A stretch of DNA of 54,620 nt from an uncultured bacterium (lineage in GTDB: Bacteria > Patescibacteriota > Minisyncoccia > Phycocordibacterales > UBA9973): the NCBI GenBank assembly GCA_903869825.1, contig CAIQAL010000031.1, positions 1 through 54,620 of the forward strand, written 5' to 3'. A program made the position numbers and the translations under genes. Below the pieces are notes generated by a model. That model made no database searches and had not been told where the DNA came from. It was given only the letters and a program-made list of their open reading frames with translations. The stretch's first letter is position 1; every line of letters begins with the position of its first letter. Below are positions 38,466 to 46,539 of this stretch, piece after piece.

Positions 38466-39206
38466 CTAAGTGCTAGCCTGCTCGCTAGCAGGCAAGTCGC
38501 AGAAGACGAGAATCACGTAGAAGTCATCCCAGTCACCCTCGAAGTAACCAAGAACGAACCCGAAGCCACCGTCCGAGTAGGCATCCACGTAAGGCACCCT
38601 GTGGTAGCCGTCAGCGTCTTCCCAGAGAGCATCCTTTTCATCAAAAGAAATCGTCCATTTGCCCTTTAAGAGTTTTTCTTTTGCAACGTCGTAAACCAAC
38701 GTTACACCCTGCCCGCCTGCTAATATGCCATTGTACCTGCGCGAGATATTCATACAATCTTCGCTCGTTACTGTTTCGAGTATCGGAATCATTTTCACTC
38801 TGTAGGTTTTGCCGGGTTCCAGCTTTCGGGTTGCTTTTGAAAAATTCTTGCTATTGAGGTCATTGTTGTAGTAATACGTAGTCTTTTCCTTTTTTGCTTT
38901 TTGGGCAGAGGCGTCAATCTGCGTATCGTGGTTGTAGTCAGCAGGAACAGTTAAGTTAAATTCAACAGGAATACCGAAGCGTTTGTCAATGATTGCAAAC
39001 TTTTTGAGTAATGCGGTCATAAACGTTTTGATTTCGTCCTGAATTAAATTCCCTTTTTTGAAAATTTCCTGTGCTTCTTCCTTAGTAAAACCAAGGTTGA
39101 CGAGGTCACCGGAATTAAATGAATTAATTCCATCTTCAAGCAACCTCTTGATTGCCTTAAGCTGACCTTCGGTCATAGGATCTGATGTAATCTTTTCAGT
39201 TATCAT
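38466..39206 (-). CDS. DGR target protein (246 aa) with C-terminal variable region, probably CLec-like fold
   Basis: Contains the VR at its C-terminus (DADGYHRVPYVDAYSDGGFGFVLGYFEGDWDDFYVILVFCDL); no signal peptide or TM. Confidence 0.92.
   Translation of the reverse strand: MITEKITSDPMTEGQLKAIKRLLEDGINSFNSGDLVNLGFTKEEAQEIFKKGNLIQDEIKTFMTALLKKFAIIDKRFGIPVEFNLTVPADYNHDTQIDASAQKAKKEKTTYYYNNDLNSKNFSKATRKLEPGKTYRVKMIPILETVTSEDCMNISRRYNGILAGGQGVTLVYDVAKEKLLKGKWTISFDEKDALWEDADGYHRVPYVDAYSDGGFGFVLGYFEGDWDDFYVILVFCDLPASEQAST
38476..38493 (-). other. Hairpin/cruciform immediately 3' of the VR (target-recognition element)
   Basis: gcctgct-N4-agcaggc; absent after the TR. Confidence 0.7.
38494..38617 (-). 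repeat. DGR variable repeat (VR)
   Basis: Copy of the TR with A-to-N substitutions in 11 codons. Confidence 0.96.
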
Positions 39207-39255
39207 CGTTATAAAGTTTTCAAAGGGCTAAATCATTTGTTCATTAGCCAAATAC

Positions 39256-39284
39256 ATTATATCACATATCATATAAAAATGCAA
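39256..39284 (-). promoter_or_regulatory. Promoter of the DGR target gene
   Basis: TTGCAT-17-TATAAT with extended TG. Confidence 0.7.
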
Positions 39285-39306
39285 ATTTTTGTTAGGTACA
39301 TTCACT

Positions 39307-39327
39307 TTACTGCACCTGGTGCAGTAA
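39307..39327. repeat. Palindrome TTACTGCAC-ctg-GTGCAGTAA (right DGR flank)
   Basis: Same arms as the 36573 copy; just upstream of the target promoter. Confidence 0.85.
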
Positions 39328-39480
39328 ATAATCAAAAAGCATAAAACTTTCCCATGATATCCTTAAATTATAAGGACACAAAAGAGTTTTATGCCTAAAA
39401 TGAACATTTTAAAAATTTACTCCATGGGGTGGGGTAAACTTGTGCATTTTTTTATTTTTTACATGTGCAATAATAAATTT

Positions 39481-39804
39481 ATGACAAAGAAAAGAAAAAA
39501 GGAAATTGAACGAGCTTTGGCTCAGATTGATAGCAAAAGAAGACTGGGCATATTAGATGGACCCTTTATTCAAAAACAAGCTGAGAAAAAAGAAGGTGTT
39601 GCTTTTATAATTAAGGATGTTTACAACGGCGATCTGGAAATTAAAGAAAGTGCAAATGCTTGGTGGATGGAAGGAAGGAAGTTGGTAAAATCATTGAAAT
39701 TGTTTTTGAAAAAGCGTGGAAAGAAGAAATGGGTACTCAAAACAAGCAAGAGTCAGTCATCATCCAAAAGTCAAAGGAATTGCGAAATACCATTGATGAG
39801 CTGA
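39481..39804 (+). pseudogene. 5' fragment of an element gene apparently fused by deletion to the recombinase remnant
   Basis: MTKKRKKEIE...SANAWWME then a low-information tail overlapping the recombinase frame. Confidence 0.45.
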
Positions 39805-40208
39805 CTGTGGTGGCACGCAAAGCAAAGAACGATCAAGTGCGTGAAGTATATGAACTTCAAATTGAAGACGCTGTGCGAGAATTGAAAGAGTTGCGAGGTA
39901 AAACGTTAAACGAAATGGACCCGTCAGTTCCTTATCGAACCGCTCTTCGTAAATCGAAGGGATTCCTGAAAAGCCCTTATGCTGTTTGGAAAAAATTAGA
40001 AATCGAAGAACAACATAAGCTCTATTTTTTCGTATTTGACGAAAAATTAGCGTTTGATCCAAAAAATGGTTATCAAACCGCAGAAATACCAACGGCCATA
40101 AAGCTTTTTGAGGAATTTGTGGTTACAAACTCTCAGAGTGTGGACCCTACAGGACTCGAACCTGCCACCTCCTCATTGCAAATGAGGCGCTCTAGCCAGA
40201 TGAGCTAA
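39660..40208 (+). pseudogene. C-terminal fragment of a large serine recombinase reading into tRNA-Ala
   Basis: Coiled coil, PYRTAL..FLKSPYAVW, ends VDPTGLEPATSSLQMRRSSQMS (tRNA antisense); no catalytic domain. Confidence 0.7.
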
Positions 40209-40214
40209 GGGCCC
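40141..40214 (-). tRNA. tRNA-Ala(UGC)
   Basis: GGGCCCT/AGGGTCC acceptor with G3:U70, cctca-tt-TGC-aa-tgagg, GTTCGAG T-loop; CCA not encoded. Confidence 0.96.
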
Positions 40215-40288
40215 AGATGAAAGTATTCTATCGTATTTTAATTAAAATGCAAATCCTTTTAGCTTTTATTTAGTGTATAATATCCAAA

Positions 40289-41326
40289 ATGAATTACCGA
40301 TTCTTCACCAATTCTCAAAAATCATGGCAGGCAATGTTTGAAGCCCTCTCTTTGGCCCAAAAATCAGTCTATTTTGAAATGTATATTTTCCAGGATGATA
40401 TGATTGATTTTGATTTTTTGACCCTTCTTAAGGAAAAAGCTAAGACTGGAATTAAAGTAAAAATGATTTTAGATTCTTTTGGAAGCAAAGACTTGAGTAA
40501 AAAAGCGATATCTGAACTTCGGGGGTCGGGAGTTGAATTATTTTTCATTAGTCATTTTTTTTACCATACTCATCGCAAGGTTCTTATTGTAGATGAAAAA
40601 ATAGCATTTATAGGAGGAGTAAATTTTCATCAAAGTGCAATGGAATGGAATGACTTGGTAGTAAAACTAAGAGGTAAAATTGTTCCTTTTGTTTTAAGCT
40701 CTTTTGCCAAGGCATATGCAAAATGTGGAGGAAAAGATATCTCAGTTTTACATTACAGAAAAAGTAAAAAAATATTTGCTCCATTGATACATTCTTGGCT
40801 CGTGGAACATTCTCCAATGTGGAGGAAAGGCAACTTCAAAAAGGTTTATCAGAAAAAAATTGGCCAAGCGGAAAAAAGTATTTTTCTGGTAACCCCATAT
40901 TTTATGCCTCGACGATGGCTGATAGCCTTACTCCATCAGGCAGTTCTGAGAGGGGTGAATGTCGAAGTTATCGTACCAGAATTTACTGATCATTATTTAA
41001 TCGATAAAATTAATTATGTTTTTATGAACAAACTTTCGAAATTGGGAATAAATATCTACCTCGAAAAAGAAATGAACCATGCAAAACTAATGATTATTGA
41101 CGAGCATGAAGGCATGGTCGGTTCGCAGAATTTAGATTATGTCTCTTTTGATTTGAATTCCGAATTAGGAGTTTTTTTTAATGATCCTAAGGATGTAAAA
41201 AGATTAATGAATATATTCATAAAATGGAAAAACAACACAGTTTTGTTTAATTCTAAGATAAAAAAGCCTAATTTTCTTTATTATATTCTATTTCCAGTAA
41301 TTAGTATTTTTAATAGAATTTTATAA
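40289..41326 (+). CDS. Cardiolipin synthase-like phospholipase D family protein
   Basis: Two HKD motifs (HRKVLIVD, HAKLMIID); TPYF. Confidence 0.92.
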   Translation: MNYRFFTNSQKSWQAMFEALSLAQKSVYFEMYIFQDDMIDFDFLTLLKEKAKTGIKVKMILDSFGSKDLSKKAISELRGSGVELFFISHFFYHTHRKVLIVDEKIAFIGGVNFHQSAMEWNDLVVKLRGKIVPFVLSSFAKAYAKCGGKDISVLHYRKSKKIFAPLIHSWLVEHSPMWRKGNFKKVYQKKIGQAEKSIFLVTPYFMPRRWLIALLHQAVLRGVNVEVIVPEFTDHYLIDKINYVFMNKLSKLGINIYLEKEMNHAKLMIIDEHEGMVGSQNLDYVSFDLNSELGVFFNDPKDVKRLMNIFIKWKNNTVLFNSKIKKPNFLYYILFPVISIFNRIL

Positions 41327-41376
41327 AACCCACTTTAGACTTGTTTTTTCAGTATTTTTTGATACTATAATACTAT

Positions 41377-41451
41377 TCCGGGGTAGCTCAGCGGTAGAGC
41401 GGTCGCCTGTTAAGCGATTGGTCGTAGGTTCGATCCCTACCCCCGGAGCCA
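41377..41451 (+). tRNA. tRNA-Asn(GUU)
   Basis: TCCGGGG/CCCCGGA acceptor, gtcgc-ct-GTT-aa-gcgat, GGTTCGATCCC, encoded CCA. Confidence 0.96.
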
Positions 41452-42579
41452 GTTAGGTTGATTTGCAAATGTGAGTATATGATTATACGGAGAACGTATT
41501 GAAAACTCTAGCTTATTTTCATTTGCAACGCAGTTCTGAAGTAAGTAATTCAGGATTGCTCTTTTTTCAGGGACTTCAGAACTTTTGAATAATTCAAAAG
41601 CATTTTTTGCTAGATTTAACACAGTAGAAGCCGTAATATAATAGTTTTCATCTGCTCTAGTATGGTCCTCAATTTGGATGTTGATATCATACTGTTTTTC
41701 TTTCATCTCTTTCAACTTTTTATCATACTCATCCTTAGTAATACTCTGGTCAAGAAGTAGGTCAGTAAGACGGCTAAGTCTTACTTGAATAGTGTTGTAT
41801 TCTTGCTGTAAAGCCCTTATAGCTTCTTTGTGATATAAGTCCTTGCCCTCATTTGATTTTTTAAGTCCTTCAACTATTTCGTCTATCTTTGCTTGTGGTA
41901 TGCTCTCAAATGCCTCTAGGAGCTTGTATATGGGCTTTAAAAAGTCTTTTTCTGGTATGTATATCTTCTTATCACATAGGTCTTTTTTGGCATTTGTGCA
42001 ACTATAATAAATAAACTTTCCTTTGGCAGTTTCAGGACTCATAGCACAACCGCATTTTTTACATCGAACCAATCCTCTAAAAATATAAGGTTTTGAAGCG
42101 TATTGAAATGGTTTTTTGCCCCAGCCTTTTCTTATCTGTTGGCATTTTTCAAAAAGCTGTTTGCTTATTATTGGCTGATATTTGTGCGGATATGTTTTGC
42201 CTTTTGATAACATTTCTCCGTAATAGAATGGATTATTTAATATATGGCTAACCATACTTAAAGCCAACGGCTTACCGACATTACTATCTAATCCAGCTTT
42301 TGACATTTCGGTCCTTAGAGTTAGTGTTGAATAATTTCCAGTTGCATATAGCTCAAACATTTTTCTGATTAAGTGGGCAGTGTTTGAATCTAGGATTATA
42401 TCTTTGTTTCCTTTTATATCGCCAATATTTTTATAACCAATAGGAGCTTTACCAGTCCATTCGCCATTTCTTCGTTTTTGTTCAAACTTTCTTTTTACAT
42501 TATCGCTTAATTGAAGCACATAACTTCTTGCAAACATTACTGCCATATCCCAACGAAGAAGGTCTGCACTATTTGAATC
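41437..42579 (-). pseudogene. 5'-truncated large serine recombinase at tRNA-Asn
   Basis: LSDNVKR, APIGY, ILNNPFYYG, PIIS, Zn ribbon CKKCG..YYSC, coiled coil; frame closed by a stop just upstream of DSNSADLLRWD, so the catalytic domain is missing; stop codon lies inside the tRNA. Confidence 0.85.
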
Positions 42580-42728
42580 TCATGTCTAGACTTTATTATT
42601 TTACTTCCTTTAAAGGAGTTCCCGCTTCGTCCCAAGTTCGGATCCATTTTTAAGCCATATTTTGTAGTGGTTATTTCCCCTACTCTATCACAAGTTCGAA
42701 CCTAGAGAAGTAATTCAGAACAATTTCT

Positions 42729-43100
42729 TTAAGGTCTATCATAGTAAGTGCGTTTACCTTCTTCAAAAACTTCCGAAAATAAATCCTTTAAATAAGGGGA
42801 ACATTTAGCTAAAAGTTTTTCTCCTTTGTCAGAAAATTGTTTATATGGAACCCCATATTCTTTATAAGGGCGCCAGTTATCTATTGAACCTAAAATAGGA
42901 GCTTGCATTTTATCTACACTCCAAACAAATAATGACTCTTCATCACTGAACTCCTCATAATTTTTTAGAATATCTACAAAATCATTAAAATATGAAACGT
43001 TTCAAGCGTATAAGTTACTATTCTCTGGATCAGAAAAGAATTGATACCACTGATAAATAAAGGATTTAACGGAGTTCAGTAGATTTCGGTCAATCTCCAC
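42729..43100 (-). pseudogene. Degraded cargo ORF with one internal TGA
   Basis: 124 codons from GTG 43100 to TAA 42729, single in-frame TGA at 43002-43004. Confidence 0.4.
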
Positions 43101-43116
43101 AATTTTTTGTTTACCC

Positions 43117-43145
43117 TTGATTTATTCGGAGAAATATTATATAAT
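43117..43145 (+). promoter_or_regulatory. Sigma70 promoter for the 43274 gene
   Basis: TTGATT-17-TATAAT. Confidence 0.6.
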
Positions 43146-43273
43146 AATTTTCATAAAATTTGTTCTTTAAAATCATTTAAGGAGACTTTTTGAGATTATA
43201 AAATTTTCACAACAACTCGATGGTTTGTGTGAAAATTTTATAATTTTCTTATTGTTCAATTAAATAAAAAAAA

Positions 43274-44161
43274 ATGAAAACATCTAAAAAAAGAACATTG
43301 GCTAGGCTAGCAATAGTTATTTTTTGGCAGGCTTGGATTTTCCTTCTCCCAGTGGGAGTAATAGTGTTGATTTGGTACTTAAATATTTACAAACTGCCGG
43401 GTTGGGCAATCTTGTGTCTTCAAATTATCTTATCCATCGGGGCATTTATTATAGCGGGGTATCAAATAAGAACAGGAAAAGATGGAGAACTTGTAAAAAA
43501 ATGGGGGGAAAAACAAAAGGAAAAAATCAACAAAGCTAAATCAACTTTTTATGAAAGTGTCGCCGAAGTACAAAAGGAATATTATCTAATAGAGTGCATT
43601 ATTCCTCATCCAAGCCGTGCAGCGATATTTCAAATCAAATTTTTCAATCAAATAATCGGGTTGATCATGCCGATAATCTATTTGAATGAAAAAAAACTTT
43701 CCTTGAAATTAGTTGATGATTTCAATGTACTATGCTTTGCTTGGGGGGCGATTGATTCTCAGGTTGAGAAACTTGTTTTCAAATGTGGGAGTTCTGAGAA
43801 AATACTGAGTAATCCATATTTCATTCAAGACATTCCACCTGAAGGAATAGTTTGGCAATGCGAAGGACATTCAGATGAGAGAAAAATTCATCTTGATTCC
43901 AGGTATTTCCCGTATGTCACTGATACTCCTTACCCATTTATCATGTTGATAGGTGGAAAATCTTTTGGAGAATACACTGGATTATATGCGCCTGATAAAG
44001 GTGCATTAGTGGTTAATATCAGCAACCTTTCAAAAAAACAATGCGAAAAAAAGTGTTGTTGTCTGAAGCCCTCATTCGGAGGAAAGAAAATTTTCCTACC
44101 AACTTCAACAGTACAATCAGTAAATCACGAACTGTTGAATGAAATTTCATTTCATTCTTAA
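43274..44161 (+). CDS. Orphan protein with two N-terminal TM helices
   Basis: 295-aa ORF with its own promoter and terminator. Confidence 0.7.
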   Translation: MKTSKKRTLARLAIVIFWQAWIFLLPVGVIVLIWYLNIYKLPGWAILCLQIILSIGAFIIAGYQIRTGKDGELVKKWGEKQKEKINKAKSTFYESVAEVQKEYYLIECIIPHPSRAAIFQIKFFNQIIGLIMPIIYLNEKKLSLKLVDDFNVLCFAWGAIDSQVEKLVFKCGSSEKILSNPYFIQDIPPEGIVWQCEGHSDERKIHLDSRYFPYVTDTPYPFIMLIGGKSFGEYTGLYAPDKGALVVNISNLSKKQCEKKCCCLKPSFGGKKIFLPTSTVQSVNHELLNEISFHS

Positions 44162-44168
44162 ATTATTT

Positions 44169-44200
44169 GAGTCCTATCACAAGATAGGACTCTTTTTTTT
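44169..44200 (+). terminator. Intrinsic terminator
   Basis: gagtcctatc-acaa-gataggactc followed by a T-run. Confidence 0.85.
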
Positions 44201-44258
44201 ATTTAATGGTATTGTTTGTGCTATAATTAAGTTATTATTCAATTAACAAAATAATTTT

Positions 44259-44324
44259 ATGGCAAAAGGAAACAGTCACCCAAAAAAAGAAGCAAAGAAA
44301 CCAAAAAAGGCAAAGAAGAAATAG
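44259..44324 (+). CDS. 21-aa Lys-rich peptide, not in the ORF track
   Basis: MAKGNSHPKKEAKKPKKAKKK*; TGcTATAAT at 44219-44227. Confidence 0.55.
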   Translation: MAKGNSHPKKEAKKPKKAKKK

Positions 44325-44350
44325 TCTTTGATTTGGTAACTAAATATTTT

Positions 44351-45214
44351 TTATTTTATTAGCGAATTCCAATCGGAAACGAATTTTTTTAGCCCTTGCT
44401 CTGTAAGCTTATGCGAGATATCAAAATCTTTCCAATTTTTCTTTAAATCAATTTCTTCAAATGGAATATTCTTTAAAGAAGAAAAATTATAGTCACTGAA
44501 TTTTTCCGGTATCGGCGTCCCCATGTTCCCCCATTCTTTCAAAATAGAAATCGGCGCCGTAATAATATCTACCCCAAGGGCCAAAGAAGCCAGAAAGTGA
44601 TTCATGTTTCGGACGCTAGCTGCGAGTACTTCCGTATGACCGTCTCCTTTTTTGTAAGTGTTAATAATATTTTCAATCAAAGACATCCCGTTTTCTCCAA
44701 TATCATCAAGCCTACCGAGAAAAGGAGAAACAAAAACATCTCCTTTTTTTGCTCCAGCTGTTGCTGCGTACACTGCGGCCGCTTGCTCAGCACTAAAACA
44801 AAGAGTCATATTCACTCGCATTCCTTCTTGGATGCTTCTCTTGGCTGACTCGAGACCGGCCGGAATAATCGGGTATTTGATTTGAGCATTCGGAATCCAG
44901 GTAAACATTTCCTTCCCAGCCGCGAACATTTCTTCAGTTGTTGTTTCTTCATCTGCGTATACTTCAATCGAGACAGAGCCTTTTGGAATCAATCCCGCAA
45001 TTTCTTTTATCATCTTTTTGTAAAAAATAAAAATTTCTTCTTTACTAAACTTTTCCCCTTGTATAAATCGTTCCTTGGCATAAGGATTTTTGGCTACTAA
45101 AGTCGGGTTCGTCGTTTGCCCGTCAAGAAAACCTAAAATAGAAATTACCTCTTTTGTTTCGGCTGGATCACAGCTATCTAAAAATATTTTTGTTTTTAAA
45201 TTTTTTGGTCTCAT
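44351..45214 (-). CDS. tal: Transaldolase family protein
   Basis: IFLDS, GQTTNPTL, VSIEV, IKYP, NMTLCFS, SPFLGRLDD, ASVR. Confidence 0.93.
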   Translation of the reverse strand: MRPKNLKTKIFLDSCDPAETKEVISILGFLDGQTTNPTLVAKNPYAKERFIQGEKFSKEEIFIFYKKMIKEIAGLIPKGSVSIEVYADEETTTEEMFAAGKEMFTWIPNAQIKYPIIPAGLESAKRSIQEGMRVNMTLCFSAEQAAAVYAATAGAKKGDVFVSPFLGRLDDIGENGMSLIENIINTYKKGDGHTEVLAASVRNMNHFLASLALGVDIITAPISILKEWGNMGTPIPEKFSDYNFSSLKNIPFEEIDLKKNWKDFDISHKLTEQGLKKFVSDWNSLIK

Positions 45215-46533
45215 TTTTGTTCTAAAATTTTCTTAGTTTCTAATTTATAACTTTCAACATTTGGTTGATCAAAAGCATTAATATTAAAAAGTTCTGCCAG
45301 ATACATTGTCTCAATCATTTTTAACTGAAGAAGCGCCCCTAAAGAATAAGCTGAAATATCCTTAATTTCTAAGTCCAAGTAGGCTAATTTTTGTTTCTGG
45401 TATGTGATTTGGACTCCACTCAAAATCGCTCGCATTACTTCATTTACTTCTTTCCCGGCAATGATTGGAAGAATATCTTTGAAGATAATATCTTTGGGAA
45501 CGGAAACACCTGAATTTGAGAGAGAGTGTACGAAAACAGTAAATTTATCATTCGGCCCGCCCAAAAATAATTGCAGCATGGAATGTAAATCAGTGGAACC
45601 GATCGAAGTAATCGGGGTAATCCCTATGCGCACCTCTTCCCCCTCTCGGTTAAGTTCTTTCCCGAGACTTTCCCCCAAAAGTTGTCGGTACCATTTTCCA
45701 AATGATTCGAGTTCCGGATTAAATATAAAAGTATTTACTATATTTTTTCCGCTCAGTGAATGTAAGTACAAGATTACTGCTCCGACTAAAGCCGGATTGT
45801 TCTCATTGTTTAAAATCCCTTCCTCGATCATTTCTTTCGCTCCTCTTTGTAATTCCTTAATGTCTATTCCAGCCAGGCAAAGTGGGAAAAGACCTACCGC
45901 AGAAAAAACTGAAAACCTACCTCCCACTTTTTTCGGCATCATAAGCATCCTAAAGCCAAGGCTACTAGCTATTTCGGACAATTTCGAACCATCGTCGGTA
46001 GTCACCACAATTTGTCTAAACAAGGCATTTTTATTACCTGAAAATTTTGCAAGCAATGCATCATAAATTATCTCAAAATTTACCAATGGTTCAGTAGTTC
46101 CACCTGATTTACTGATAATGTTTACCACTATTTCTTCTGAAAGATTAATTTCATTTTTTATTAGAGATATAGTTTGGGAAAGAGCCTCAGCATTGTTAGT
46201 ATCCAAAAAAATAAGTCTTGGCTTTTTTTCTCCTGAAGGTAGTTTCTTTAACAACGCATCGTAGACTGCCATTGTGCCTAAATTTGACCCACCAATCCCT
46301 ATCACCACCACATATTTTAATTTATCGGGTCTTAAATCTTTGATCGTTTTAAAAATATTGTTTAACAAGATTTCATCTTTCGGTAAATTAAGTGATGCTT
46401 CCTTTTCGGAATAGCCCTCACCCGAAACAAATTTCTGTAAATGAAGGAAATATGGATTTAATTTTTCCATTTCTCGAAGAAAATCTTTTTTCTGAATTAA
46501 GCTTGTTTCTGATGATAGTTTTAGAACATTCAT
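45211..46533 (-). CDS. pgi: Glucose-6-phosphate isomerase
   Basis: GIGGSNLG, SKSGGTTE, VGGRFSV, ESLGK, DLHS, FDQPNVE. Confidence 0.95.
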   Translation of the reverse strand: MNVLKLSSETSLIQKKDFLREMEKLNPYFLHLQKFVSGEGYSEKEASLNLPKDEILLNNIFKTIKDLRPDKLKYVVVIGIGGSNLGTMAVYDALLKKLPSGEKKPRLIFLDTNNAEALSQTISLIKNEINLSEEIVVNIISKSGGTTEPLVNFEIIYDALLAKFSGNKNALFRQIVVTTDDGSKLSEIASSLGFRMLMMPKKVGGRFSVFSAVGLFPLCLAGIDIKELQRGAKEMIEEGILNNENNPALVGAVILYLHSLSGKNIVNTFIFNPELESFGKWYRQLLGESLGKELNREGEEVRIGITPITSIGSTDLHSMLQLFLGGPNDKFTVFVHSLSNSGVSVPKDIIFKDILPIIAGKEVNEVMRAILSGVQITYQKQKLAYLDLEIKDISAYSLGALLQLKMIETMYLAELFNINAFDQPNVESYKLETKKILEQK

Positions 46534-46539
46534 AGGCGT

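Larger units (their letters stand above)
36247..40145. mobile_element. Decayed integrative element at tRNA-Ala carrying a DGR
   Basis: GTGGAC direct repeat at 36247 and 40140 (tRNA 3' end); recombinase fragment reads into the tRNA; an open frame starts exactly at the left copy. Confidence 0.75.

Noticed and set aside
38445-38669. 74-aa plus-strand ORF
   Set aside because: Antisense shadow of the VR/target gene.
42580-44330. Second att copy for the tRNA-Asn island
   Set aside because: No convincing duplicate of the tRNA 3' end found by eye, so the island's right boundary is undefined.
45404-46066. 220-aa plus-strand ORF
   Set aside because: Antisense shadow of pgi.
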